From NCBI GenBank assembly GCA_964016885.1, contig OZ024748.1:49228001-49292000 (forward strand): DNA of 64,000 nucleotides, read 5' to 3'. The translations under genes and the position numbers were made by a program. Each line of letters begins with the position of its first letter. Position 1 is the first letter of the stretch. This document shows positions 34,470 to 47,874 of this stretch, one piece after another. A model generated the notes under the pieces. It did no database searches and had not been told where the DNA came from. It saw only the letters and a program-made list of their open reading frames with translations. Source of the stretch: Eledone cirrhosa. Taxonomy: Eukaryota.

Positions 34470-34701
34470 TCAGTTTAAATACCGGGACTTGACAGACTGC
34501 TTACTTTTGGTTGCGGTCGCCGTCGAGAACTACTGTCCCCGCACTACCGATTTCCTCCGCAAAATTGGAAAGACAGCATCCCGCTTAGGGAAGGATGCTC
34601 TTGAGGCGGGGTGGCTGTTTCAGTGGGTGTGTCACAGTGACAATGCCTTCGCCATTCTGTCTACGGGGCACGGCCGAATCACCACTCAGACTGGAATGTA
34701 G
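34470..34701 (+). mobile_element. C-terminal restriction-like endonuclease fragment of a CRE/NeSL-type retrotransposon
   Basis: KYRDL...VAVAVE...FLRKIG...WLFQ...NAFAIL. Confidence 0.55.
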
Positions 34702-34979
34702 AGTCTGCCTCCCACCCGCTCTCTCGCTTTTTTGGGTTTTTTTCATTTAAATATTATTATTTTTTAATTGTAAATATTATTATATTAGAGTTACTTCCAC
34801 CGAGGATTTTGCCTTTCATCCTTTCAGTAATTGATACAATAAAATACCACACCAGGACGAAATAGTTATGGCGTCAGAAAGTGAGATGTTCTGAGAGGAA
34901 TTTGTTGGAGCTAGTTATGTTCTGAATCCTTAGGTGGTCAACCTAAACCACAGTGGTTGTCCGTTTGTATACCAACTTC

Positions 34980-35108
34980 CAGTTGCGTATCTAGAGTGTG
35001 TGGCTGCTCTTTGAGTGAGGACAAGCACACCACATTGGAATAAATACAACAGACCCGAAAGTGTTGCTCAAGGCGGACTACCTCCCCTCCCACCTAGCTA
35101 CGCTACTG
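34980..35108. mobile_element. hAT-like MITE
   Basis: TIRs cagttgcgtatctag / ctagctacgctactg; TSD not preserved. Confidence 0.55.
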
Positions 35109-35589
35109 TCACCATCTGGACCTTGGATGCCTTGAGTGGAGTCCACTTTTTGTTTCTCCACTTAAAAAAAAACCTGTATCAAAGAGAAAATATAACGACC
35201 CTTGTGGTGTGTGTGTGAGAAAGAGAGTTCTAGGTATCGTTTCTTTTATATGAGGTATATTACTACGTCACTAAATGTGTATGATAAGTCGCTTCGTAAA
35301 ATCATAATAACAATAATGAAATTATTGTGTAAAGTGCTCAGGTGCACTACAACTCGTCAAAGGTGTATGTATAGTACATAGAATAATACACAAATGTCAG
35401 GGAAGTACATGTGTGTATGTGTTCGCTGTAGTGTTGGCGGATCTCGGGAAGCATGGAGGCCTTAAAGGATGCAGTGTCTCGACAGCTAACAACTGATGCA
35501 GGTAGTTTGTTCCATGCTTTAGCAACTCTGAGCGTGATTCCGCTACGATTACTTCTGAGTCAGATTGCCGAGAAAATAAACAATCGATA

Positions 35590-36250
35590 TATTTAAAAAA
35601 AGGGCAATGAAAGAGAGGTTTTAGTGTTGCTAGTGCACAGGTTGAATTACTAGAATGGTGCTAAATTGAAATCATTCAGTGTGAAAGTCTGACTCCGCCA
35701 AGAGTGCATACTGTCACTTCTGTTCATTTTTACGATCTGAGTTCAAATCCCGCCGAGGTTGACTTTGCCTTTCATCCTTACGGGGTCGATAAAATAAAGT
35801 ACCAGTAATGCACTGGGTAATTGCTGACCTTGTGCCTAAAGTAGAAACAATTATTTACATGAACCGGATTGACAAGCGCAACAGGGTTGGAAGTGGTATC
35901 ATCACTGGCAGGTGTAAAATCAGTCGACTGGAGCTTGCAGACGACATGGTGTTACTTAACTCAACAGAAGATGATCTCCGACTTGCACTCGATAGGTTGG
36001 ATGCCAAGTGCTGCATGGCTGGAATGAAAACCAATGTTGCATAAACTGAGACACTCGTCTTCTCAAGGAAGTCTGCACAGTGCACTCTACAATGTAAATA
36101 GAGTTCCACTGAAGCAGGTAGAGAAGTTCAAGTATCTCGGGGCCGTGTTCACGAGTGATGGAAGGCAGGTGGCTGAAATAAGTGCAAAAATTGCAGGAGC
36201 AGGTGCAGTAATGCACCAGCTTCAGCATTCAGTAGTCAGAAGAAAGGAAG
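35590..36250 (+). mobile_element. RTE-like LINE fragment interrupted by a SINE (35731-35855)
   Basis: LADDMVLL, QVEKFKYLGAVFTSDG. Confidence 0.75.
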
Positions 36251-36573
36251 AAGATTCATGACCCTAGGTATGAACTGGCATGAATACCGAATTGAAGATA
36301 GCGAGTCTGGCTTTTACGCCTTCTTTCCTTCTGATGTTGAATGCTGAAACTGGCGCATATGAAATTGACATGATTATGCTGATTGGAGTGACCCAATCAC
36401 AGTCCCAGCTACCAAATTATGAAACGCACAAAGAAATGTAGTGTAGTGTATGTATGGTGGCGAAGTTGAATGTAGTTGAGTAGATGTAGCGATGCATGAA
36501 TTAGTTTGTGCTTGTTGTTCATTTCAGAGTAGTGGAGTTTGTAGTAGTCATTGTTGTTGGCTTATATCCCTTA

Positions 36574-36843
36574 TGGTCCCGTTTCATAGTTCGTAGAACA
36601 TAGGCAAAAATCAATCTAAGTAATTAATTATCGATTACCAACTATCGATTTGGGTAAAACCACGGAAGACGCGAAATTAATCATCAGGTATTTTGTACTT
36701 TATTGGAATATATCCAAAGACGATTTCTTCTGATGATTAGTTTCGTGTCTTCTGTAACTTTACTAAAATCGATAGTTGGTAATCGATAATCGATTACCTA
36801 GATCAATTTTTGCCTCGGTTCCACGAAATATGAAACGGGCCCC
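36574..36843. mobile_element. Palindromic MITE, PIF/Harbinger-like
   Basis: ~115-bp imperfect arms ggtcccgtttcata / tatgaaacgggcc; flanked by TTA and TAA. Confidence 0.7.
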
Positions 36844-36940
36844 TAAGGATTATAAGAACTTAAAGTATGTACTTTTTACTAAATATATGTACAGAATACT
36901 ATGTGTTTCTTTAACGATATATAGCTCTCTCTCTCTCTCT

Positions 36941-36996
<56 letters not shown>

Positions 36997-37407
36997 GAGA
37001 GAATTAGAATTTAGCTTCGAGCGTAGCTGTATACAGATATGTATTGGAATTTCATATTTCTAAAGAAATACGGTAACTTTATAAATAAACATTTAGAAAG
37101 CCGTAGCTATGCAAAAACACCGGCGGCTATCGCCACCTTGCGGCGTCCAGTAGAAGCAAGGGGGACAATCGGCGATGCATTTCGAACTGAACTGGTTCTC
37201 ATAAGGATGATGTAAATGAGGCGATTAATCTCATTTCCATATGAAGCTTTGTATATAAGTTGGCTCAACTTATAATAGAATATATATATATATGTATAGG
37301 TGTATATATATATATATATATTCCATTTGGAGTACATATTTTTCTTCGAAATATGTGCTTTGTATATATACAATATACTGTGTATTCTCTTTGATATATG
37401 GTCCTCT

Positions 37408-37470
<63 letters not shown>

Positions 37471-38254
37471 GGAACCAGGAATTTCAGGAAAATCTAGGAA
37501 GGAAGAAGTGAACTGAAGGAGAAATTTATTGTGTTGAATGTTTAACATATGTTTCTGTACAACTACATAACCGTCTACATCTGCTGACTACATTATACAA
37601 TGTTCATTCGTTTGCATTACATGTCTGTGATTGCACTTCATCAGAAAAAAAGACAAGAAAAACAAATTAAGAGGAAGGAAGAAAAAATTGGCTATAGTCC
37701 TAGGTGTGGATACTGCATTTCTGCAATAAACATTACTTACTGCTGACAAAGCTAAATTACAAAACATTGGTATATAGAGAAATTCAGAATCAACATATAA
37801 TATACAAATAACAAAAATAGTAAACAAATATAGTAAGCAAAAAATAATAGATAAGTACACGTTTTTCCTGGTACCATATTTATACTTATAAATACTCCAT
37901 GGTCTTCTCCTTGGAAATAATTGTTTCTACTTTTGGCACAAGGCTACCAATTATCTCAGTGTATTACTGGTACTTGGGATAATTGGTGGCCTTGTGCCAA
38001 AAGTAGAAACAATTATTTCCGAGGAGAAGACCATGGAGTATTTATAAGTATTCTCCTTGGAAATAATACCATAACCTCTTTAACTGTATACCTATGATAC
38101 GTACTACAAGGAACACGTTGAGAAAAAAATGTTTGCTAAGCAGTCAGCATAATCACCTTCGAGTCAAAAACATTATTTTCTTTGCTTTTTCTCCTTATGG
38201 CATCTAGGATTGTGTTTACCATTATTCCTTTATTATACAACTATTATGCAATAT

Positions 38255-38311
38255 GCACCTGATGATGTCACCAGGTCCTACGTAACCTGGCCACTGAAAT
38301 GTACATAGTGC
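38255..38311 (+). ncRNA. Type-I hammerhead motif
   Basis: gcac CTGATGA ...ccagg-loop-cctgg... GAA ATGTACAT A gtgc; AATAAA just downstream; base of stem II imperfect. Confidence 0.6.
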
Positions 38312-38494
38312 TTTCAGAAATAAAAATTTGAAGGAATTTCACCTGTCCGGCTTCCTCTCATTTTACAAAATAATAATTAACTCCGTTCCTGCACCACCAA
38401 TGGGATTCAACATCAAACATGGATGAGTTGCGTAACGTTGAGTGCTTTTCTTACTATTATATCATGGTTAACTAGAGATATATCTTATAATTTG

Positions 38495-38558
<64 letters not shown>

Positions 38559-38691
38559 CAAGTAGGGATATTTTCGAAACAGCGAGTTTGGTTTGAAATT
38601 ATTAGAAATGTAAACTATCGCCGTATTTTGACTAAAGAAATTAAAGAAATTATTTACCCTGATAGTGGGGTTAAGAACACTCGGAGAAATG

Positions 38692-38727
<36 letters not shown>

Positions 38728-38940
38728 GTAATAAACAACATAAGGCAATTATTCCATTTACCAGTGGTTTCTTAAAAGCAAAAAATGTTGCTTTCAATCA
38801 TCAGAATGAAAAAATCCTGGCGTATTTATTGACGTTGGATTTTAAAATAATTGCCTTATGTTGTTTATTACATAACTATTAATCTCTGTTACCTACATAG
38901 AGCACTCTTTTTTCCTGGACTTTTCCGACGGAATTACTTC

Positions 38941-39049
<109 letters not shown>

Positions 39050-39074
39050 TGTATTACACGGCTACATAGAGATG

Positions 39075-39401
39075 CTACTGGATGAGAATGTTCCATAGAT
39101 ATAAATATGTGGTGTCAGTTTGTAAGTCGATGTCTTCTCCGTTTGATAGGAAATTATCCAAGTCTCGTTGGAATTCATTACTAAACACCATCTTAAGGAT
39201 ATTGTCTTCGATAACAGGAAGACTGTACGGTACTCCGATTTCATTTCCCTCCACCAGGGCCTCAAGGACGCAGTCTACTTTATGTTCAAGGTCATCTAAC
39301 CATTCTGGAAGGTGTGAAGTTGGAACTGGTTTGGCGGGACTACATCCATTTGACGTGTCTTCTTCCTCAGTGATGAGGTCCCTGGCATCGTTGTCAGCCA
39401 T
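39075..39401 (-). CDS. Orphan acidic 108-aa ORF of unknown origin
   Basis: High-complexity ATG-to-stop ORF (MADNDARDLITEEED...) between two microsatellites; no family recognised. Confidence 0.3.
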   Translation of the reverse strand: MADNDARDLITEEEDTSNGCSPAKPVPTSHLPEWLDDLEHKVDCVLEALVEGNEIGVPYSLPVIEDNILKMVFSNEFQRDLDNFLSNGEDIDLQTDTTYLYLWNILIQ

Positions 39402-39566
39402 TACATAAACAATGTATTAGGCTGTGGCTTTCCCTTTATTATTTAATGTTTTGTATATATGTATGTGCGGATGTATGTATGTATGTATGTATGTATGTAT
39501 GTATGTATGTATGTATGTATGTATGTATGTTTTGTATGTATGTATGTATGTGTGTATGTGTGTGTG

Positions 39567-39602
<36 letters not shown>

Positions 39603-39788
39603 AAGCTTAGTAAAGTCGAAGCTTTGGCTGTGGCCAAGCTAACGACCTACAATTAGGAATGAACAGCAAAGCACTCAATAAGGTTGGCCCTTAGAGTGAT
39701 AACATACGTTTAGACAGCTTGACAAATTGAAAATTGCGGCAGGCAGACCTAGCCACACAATAGCAAGAACAACGAAAAAATTAATCAG

Positions 39789-39866
<78 letters not shown>

Positions 39867-40608
39867 AATTTCACAAGCAAGCTGTTTCGTGCATCAAACA
39901 ACTACAACACTCGCCGTCGAAACAGACGGAGATCCAGCGATGACCACGTAATGTGTCTGTGCGGCCTCTGCGGTCAATAATGGAAGAATATTTTTCATCG
40001 TTTCTTTCATTTTTGTCATTTCTAATATTTATTTGTGTTGTTTTCCATTTGTTCAGAATTGTGGTTATAAATAATTTGGTTATCTAGAAGACAAACAGAA
40101 AATGAATTATTATTGTTATTATTGTCAGTTTTAAAAATATTATTATTACTGCCTTTCATCTTTATGGGGTCGATAAAATAAAGTACCAGTAATGCACTGG
40201 GTAATTGCTGGCCTTGTGCCAAAAGTAGAAACAATTATTATTATTATTAGTAGTAGTTTTATTATACCGCTGAGGTTTGCTTTGCCTTTCATACTTACGT
40301 GGTCGATAAACAAAGTACCAGTAATGTACTGGGTCGTTTTAATCGACTTTCCCCTCCCCAATATTGGTGGCCTTGTGCCTAAAGTAGAAAATTATTATCA
40401 TTGTTGTTGTTGTTCATAATTATATACAGGTTGTCCCACAAAAATATATATAAATGTGTGTGTATATATATAAAAGCAAAGAGTTATTTAATTTGTTGGT
40501 TATTCAACAAATTTATTTATAACAAATTCGAAGCACTCTACAAGTCTCTTCTGGAGTATAATATCAATAATATTAATAAATGGAAACTATCTTTATAAAA
40601 CCATATTT

Positions 40609-40668
40609 ATTTTATTATATATATTTCAAGGGTACCAACATTTTTGGTACGCTCTCATCAGATAAAAT
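40609..40668 (-). ncRNA. Type-I hammerhead motif, family A
   Basis: attttat CTGATGA gagcgtacca-aaaatgt-tggtaccctt GAA ATATATAT A ataaaat. Confidence 0.72.
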
Positions 40669-40744
40669 GTAAAAATTGTTTTATAGATAGTGACATATCC
40701 AAAAACAGAACTTAAAACGATAAGTTCTTGTTTTGGGATATGTG

Positions 40745-42190
40745 CATGCCTTGTTTTACCTGTCCTATATCGTTATATCTGGTCTGTTATGCTTACATTT
40801 TATTGGGGTTTTAACTGGAACATTCCACCAGCACGCTTTCATATTATGTATGAATATGTTTACCACATTGCTGTAACTTTTAATATGTTTATTGTCGGGG
40901 CTATCTTTTCTACGGATTACATTGTACAGTGTTTTGGCCATTACATCATGCCTCATAGACAGATTGTATCATGATGTTATCTTTGGAGAGCTGCTTATGA
41001 CATGGGTGACATCTTCGATGTTAATTCTGTAAAGTCTGCACTTGTCACATCTAGGTGTTTTGCCTGCATCCCTTTCTCTTTTGTGAATCAGGTATTTTGT
41101 ATTGATTTCCTGTTCTTGGATTGCAAAAGCATATCCTTCTAAGTGAGAGCCCATATAGCGGTTGTTGGTTCAAGATAGACAACTTTGTTTATCTATATTA
41201 CTCTCACTCTGGAACTTCCTGGCAACATATCCATGCATGATTTTTTGCTGATAAGCATGCAGTTTTTCATCCATGGATTCACTGCGGTACTGCTGAGCAA
41301 CTTCCCTGGGTGTGAGTTTTTTGGTTATCATGCAGAGGGTATTTTTCAAGGAGCTTCTTCCCAACTCTTATGATATTATCTGTCTCATGCAGACAGACTT
41401 GCTCGATTGATGGTCTCCCACGCTTGGAGGTCCGTAAATGTTGTCGGAGGGATATGATGCGACACTCAAATGCTGTCTGGACTGTTGTTATGCATCTGCC
41501 TCCCTGCTTACATTTCAAGAGGTGGTCTATATCACTGTTGATGTGGAAGTTTCCGGTGTTGTTTAAGATTTTTCGTGTTTTAACATTTCATCAATCGTCC
41601 AATTGAGTATTCCAAACGTTGGCATTAGGACAGGCACAGCACACACATTGTCAGCCTCTGTAGTAATATTCTCTGGTTACATGATCCTTGTTACAGATTC
41701 TACCATAGGATATATTATCATCTATCCCTAAGTATCTGAAGCAGTCCTCGTCAATCATATATGAACATTTATCTTAGCAAAACTCCATTCCTATATCCTT
41801 TGAGAATGTTGTAACCAGGTCGAGATTTTCTTCATCCAATTTATGTTCTCGGCATAGAGTTTCAGGTCATTCACAAATAGTTTATGGGTTAAGTTCGTAT
41901 TTCTGTCCTCCTGTGAACCAATGATGTATCCTTCACAATTCTTGAGCAGAAAGGACAAGGGGTTTATTGACAGGATAAATAGTATCACAAAGAGACTGTC
42001 TCCTTGAAATATACCCCTGTGATATTCTATTTTATCAGTGAAAATAAAGTCCTCCGTCTTTAACTTTAGGATAGTAACCCAAGAAGAAGGTAGGTTTTCT
42101 ATGGCTCTGATAATAGCGTCTGGCACTTTAGCAAAGTGGAGGGCCTCTATCATCCAAGAGTGAGGAACAGAATCAAATGCTTTCCTGCAT
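40745..42190 (-). mobile_element. R4/Dong-clade non-LTR retrotransposon fragment (RT, zinc knuckle, RLE)
   Basis: KAFDSVPH, RGIFQGDSL, FAIQEQEINTK, KCRL...HVIS, RHD, HNRPDI. Confidence 0.82.
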
Positions 42191-42221
42191 GTATGTATGT
42201 ATGTATGTATGTATGTATGTT

Positions 42222-42838
42222 GGGTCACTCTTGAGTGTTACTGGTAACATGTAACCCAGTACAACCTGTCGTATGGTCGGGTCGTCGGCGACTAAACCGG
42301 CAACCCCACCAAGTTTACTTGGTGAAGAGGGTGATTTTGGACACACTGCAGGACAAAAAACAAAACCTGACAAAGACCAGAAGAACTCATAAGAGTCAAT
42401 GGCCATCCAAAAATGTGTACATATGTATATACACATGTACATATGTATATATATGTGTATATACATGGGTGCATGTGTATGTATATGCGCGGTGACATAG
42501 AAATAGTCGGGCTGGATACCCGATCGTGTGGTTAAACCACTGGGAGTGAAGAGCCCCTAGCCTTTGTCAGGGTATTCTTCTAGAAGAAGGCAACTCAGGA
42601 AACTGGGATAACTCCGATATAAAACCTGCGGCTCTAGTTACCGATGATGTTGATCTTTTCTTCTTTTCAGGTTATAGCTACTGTCGCTCAGAGAGTGGGA
42701 TTGGCTCAGTGCACAGTGTTTCCTCACTTAAAAAAAAATCTTCACGCACAGGCATTGCACGATAGAATTAATTAATAATTATTAATAATGGTATACCGTG
42801 CAATGGCCATACTCGATAACGAGGGGGCAGCCATCATA
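42222..42838 (+). mobile_element. Second copy of the (TATG)n-inserted repeat
   Basis: Homologous to 6640-7250. Confidence 0.65.
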
Positions 42839-43178
42839 TGTGTATCTGTGTATGTATGTATATATATATGAAGTTACGTTTGTATGTACATGTGGCAGTA
42901 TGGTTAGGTTGGTTACTTAGCAGCAATTCTAAAGTAATCACCACGCCCCCTCCTCCCCCATACTCGCCCTAGCATACACACACATACACAGGTCCATACT
43001 CACACACACATACACAGGTCCATGCACTCATACATACGCCCATTCACACACTGTAGCACACACTACCATGAATACACAAGCACACATCTATGAAGATACA
43101 CATACAAACGCACATGTACACACATACACCCACACACATATACACTCATGCACACACACACACACACATACACCCATG

Positions 43179-43209
<31 letters not shown>

Positions 43210-43477
43210 ACCTACAGCCATGTACACACACCTACACCCATGCACACACACACACACACACATACAGCCATGTACACACACATACAGCCATGCACACACA
43301 TACATCCATGCACGCACACATACACACACAGCCATGTACACACACATACACCCATGCACACTCACACACACACACACACGTACACGTAATTAACTTAAAT
43401 GCTTAGCAACACATTTTAAAACTAATTACCACCAAAACACTGACCAACCTTGTTGTTGCTACAATTGTTTTGTTGCT

Positions 43478-44197
43478 AACATTAACTACCACTACTACCA
43501 CTACCACTACTACCACTACCACTATTACTACTACCAGCACTAACACCACCACTACCACTAACACTACCACCACTACCACCAGCACTAATACCACCAATAC
43601 TACTACTACTACCACTACCACTACCACTACCACTATTACCACTACCACCAGCACTAATACCACTACTACCACTACCACTACCACTACCACTAACACTACT
43701 ACCACTACCACCAGCACTAATACCACCAATACTACCACTATTACCACTACCACTACCACTACCACTAACACTACTACCACTACCACCAGCACTAATACCA
43801 GCACTACTACCACTACCACTAACACCACCACTACCACTACCACTAACACTACCACCACTACCACCAGCACTAACACCACCACTACCACTACCACTAACAC
43901 TACCACCACTACCACCAGCACTAACACCACCACTACCACTACCACTAACACTACTACCACTACCACCAGCACTAATACCACCAATACTACCACTACCACT
44001 AACACCACCACTACCACTACCTCTAACACTACCACCACTACCACCAGCACTAACACCACCACTACCACTACCACTAACACTACCACCACTACCACCAGCA
44101 CTAATACCACCAATACTACCACTACCACTAACACCACCACTACCACTACCACTAACACTACCACCACCACTACTACCACTACTACCACTACCACTAA
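43478..44197. repeat. Compound (ACC/ACT) trinucleotide array
   Basis: accactaccact... with recurring agcactaatacc variants. Confidence 0.93.
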
Positions 44198-44536
44198 GGG
44201 TATTGCTTCTATCTGAGGGGCGCAGACGTTCGTAATTTCCCGACAAAATAACTAAATTTTTCAACAAAATCACAAAATTTCTCAAAAAAAAGACTAAATT
44301 TTCCGACATTATTTTGGAGGGATGCAGCTGCAACCCCGCACCCCCAGAAATCGCCACTGAAAATTGAGATTAACTATTAAGAATATCAGTTGAAAAGGTA
44401 GGACAGGTAAAAACAAGGAAAGTAAACTTAATTATTAACAGGTAAAAGTGTAGTGTGGTGTGGATGCAAACTCCAGGACTAACTAACTCAGTACAATTGC
44501 TAGGTGTGTGTGGTTTTTGTGTAAGGTAGGGGCGGG

Positions 44537-44729
44537 CAGACCTGTCAACTCCCTCCGTCCGACGGGGAGATCTGCCACCCACTTTGGGGTAGGTGAGAGA
44601 TGTCTTTTCTTGTGAAAATGGGTATACCAGAAATGAGGTAAAATATCCCCATTTTGCCTCATTTCTCCCCGTTTTGGGCACTTTTTTCATGCTACTCTCC
44701 GTTTAGGTTTTTAGAGATTGGCAGGCTTG
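44537..44729. mobile_element. hAT-like MITE
   Basis: cagacctgtcaa / ttggcaggcttg termini; imperfect G-rich flanks. Confidence 0.45.
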
Positions 44730-45048
44730 GGTGGCGGGGTGGGGGTGGGGGTGAGGATGTACTATCATGAAAAACTTCAACATAAACTTTCCTTGTTTTC
44801 TTTATCTTTCTTTTTTTAAATGTTTCTTTTACCTCCCATCGTCCTTTCTTTCTTGTTTCCACTTCCCAGCTAAAGATGAAAGGTTAAGATGACCTCGAAA
44901 AAATATGTTTGTCTCCCTCTTTCTCTCCCTCAACACACATACGTATATATAAGAGGCACCGCTGAAAAGTTTATAGGATAATTATGAAGGAGTGATGCTA
45001 GAGCTGTGAAATCTTGCATGCATTAATTTTAACTCTTCTTCTTATTAA

Positions 45049-45133
<85 letters not shown>

Positions 45134-45161
45134 ATCAAAAGATGGTTAAAAGTGTTCCATG

Positions 45162-45232
45162 TATTTTATTATGCGCATTTCAAAAACAAATATCAGCATG
45201 CAATAACATTTGTGTTTTCATCAGATAAAATA
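45162..45232 (-). ncRNA. Type-I hammerhead motif
   Basis: tattttat CTGATGA long stem II GAA ATGCGCAT A ataaaata; perfect 8-bp stem I. Confidence 0.75.
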
Positions 45233-45401
45233 GGAAGACATGATATGAAGGTTAAAAAACACTTGTGAATAGTGCAGATTTAAATCAACATATCTTATAT
45301 ATTATGTATACTCCAGTCCTACAAATTGTAGAGTGCTTCTTATCCGATATCTGCATTGCTTTATTGTACTACAATAAAACTCACATCCTACATATATATA
45401 T

Positions 45402-45470
<69 letters not shown>

Positions 45471-45513
45471 ATGATATTAAATAAATGGAAACTATATTTA
45501 TAAAACCATATTT

Positions 45514-45572
45514 ATTCTATTATATATATTTCAAGGGTATCAAAACTTTGGTACGCTTTCATCAGATAAAAT
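45514..45572 (-). ncRNA. Type-I hammerhead motif, family A
   Basis: attttat CTGATGA aagcgtacca-aagtt-ttgataccctt GAA ATATATAT A atagaat. Confidence 0.68.
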
Positions 45573-46135
45573 ACAAAGTTTGTTTTATAAATTTTGACAT
45601 AACCAAGAAAAGATACCTTAACGGTTCAAGTTTTTCTTGGATAGTGAAGGGAAAAGAGAAGAAAAGTCAGATATTTCAAATTATTAAGATGAGTATGCAA
45701 ATAACAAAGAGGTTGTGGTAAGATACCAGGTGGACCATACGCAGCAGAGTACTCAATACTTTGGGTAGTTGAGTGGGTGATAGGAAAAGAGTCAGGACCC
45801 CGATCTCGCTGTCGAAACGGCGGAGCTCAGCCGTCGGAGTCCTGACTCTTTTCCTATATATATATTATTGGCAACATGACCCTCCCAAAGTATAACAATA
45901 TATATATATATATAAATATAAATATATATATATATATTTATATTTATATATATTACTTTAATCCGACTCATTCAACTATTAATTATTATTATCTGCATTG
46001 TGGCCGCTTCTCAGAAAAGCAAACATTTTCAAATTTCCCCAATGCTTTGACTGCATGCGTGTATGTGTGTGTGTGTGTGTGTAGCGCGTGTGTGCGTGCG
46101 TGTGTGTGTGTGTGTGTGTGTGTGCGTGCGTGCGC

Positions 46136-46174
<39 letters not shown>

Positions 46175-46195
46175 CGTGTGCGTGCGTGTGCGTGC

Positions 46196-46243
<48 letters not shown>

Positions 46244-46362
46244 CTCTATTGCGGAAGGTCTCCACTTACCTGATGCTGTCTGTCGACTTTCTAATTCTGT
46301 ATGTTATAACAGGGTGTATGTGTTGTATGAAAAGGAAAGTTTTTATAACAGTGTGGAGAGAA

Positions 46363-46396
<34 letters not shown>

Positions 46397-46494
46397 GAGT
46401 CTTTTACTATCTCTTTCTCCTCCTCCTGTCTGTCTCCCGTTCCTTTTCATACTTTCTTTATCCTTATAGATAGATAGAGATATATATAATATTT

Positions 46495-46948
46495 TACACG
46501 TTTTATTGTATGTAAACTTCCCCCTTTGTATTTGTCCCCTTCTTTTGTGCCCCTGTGGCTAATAAAGAAACATATCTATCTATCTATCTATTCCCTTCTT
46601 TAAGTATCACTTTAGAAGGAGAATCAGGGTGGAGAGAGAGGCATTGCACCCCAGTAAATTTACTGAAAGGTGGGTGAATGAAGCGAAAATGGCCCGAGTG
46701 ATTTATAAGCCTGCAGGTTGAAGAAGAGAGCAAAAGGAAGAAAGGAGCTCTTGCACAACACGCTCCTGGAGTTGAGGGTTGTTCTCTCGACGGGGTATTA
46801 AACAACCCATTTGTGGCGCTTCCCCCCTATTGAGGATTTCGATTGTTGTAATTGTTTGTTTTATATTTTTTACACGACTGTATGTAAAATCCCCGGCATG
46901 TCTTTGTATTGTCCCCTTTTCTTGTGCACCCTTGTGGTAAATAAAGAA

Positions 46949-46981
<33 letters not shown>

Positions 46982-47870
46982 CAGAAGGAATATGAGAGTG
47001 GAGAGAGAGGTGCTACACCTCAGTAAATTCGCTGAAAGGTCGGTGAATATGACGAAAATGGCCCGAGTGAATGGACCTTCTCTGTATATAAACCTGTAGG
47101 TTGAGGAAGATAAACAGAGGGAAGACAAAACGTGTTCCTGATGTTGAAGGTTGTTCTATCCACGGGGTGTAAAACAACCCTGCAGTAACGTTACCCTCTA
47201 TTGGGGATTTCAATTATTTTATTATACATAGTTTATTGTTATTTATTAATGTTAAAGTTATATGATTTTTATGTAAAACCCCCGCCGTCACGTCTTGTAA
47301 TGTCCCATTTTTGTACGCCCCTGTGGCAAATAAAGAAAGATATCTATCTATCTATCTATCTTTCTATCAACTGGCAGCAGAACGGGAGAATTCCTAGTTC
47401 TGTGACCAGGGGCGTAGTCACACTAGTCAGGAAAGCAGCGTCGGCTTATGCCGACGACGTAACCGTAATGGTGTCGAAAACCTCGGACATCGGGGTAATC
47501 GGCAAACTATTACAGGAATACGAAACGTTGACAGGAGCAAGACTAAACCCAAACAAGTCTGTCGGTTTGCAGCTCGGCACATGAAGAGGCAAACCCATGC
47601 CTTCCGACAGTGTCGTTGGACGCTGGACGGAAGGACCGGTGAAATTGCTCGGGGTCTGGTTTGGTCCCGACCTCCAGGTGGACAAAACTGGAACGAGGTC
47701 ACGGTGAAGGTGTTTGCACTCACCCAGAAGTGGGCTGAGTGCAAACTCTCCTTGAATGGTCGAGCGGATGTGGCGAACACTTACATGCGTTCGCCATCTG
47801 CTACCACTTGACAGTCGTGCCTTGCCCCTGCGAATACCTCACCAAAATGGAACGCCTACTGTTCCATTGG
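46495..47870 (+). mobile_element. Tandem cluster of truncated Tx1/L1-clade LINEs in (CTAT)n
   Basis: Three 3' ends ...aataaagaaa(ctat)n; RRRIRVEREAL..KFTERW; SAYADDVTV...GARLNPNKS. Confidence 0.72.
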
Positions 47871-47874
47871 GGAG

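Noticed and set aside
43403-44357. Poly-Thr mucin-like or Gly/Ser-rich ORFs
   Set aside because: Trinucleotide array with no signal peptide or clear splice context.
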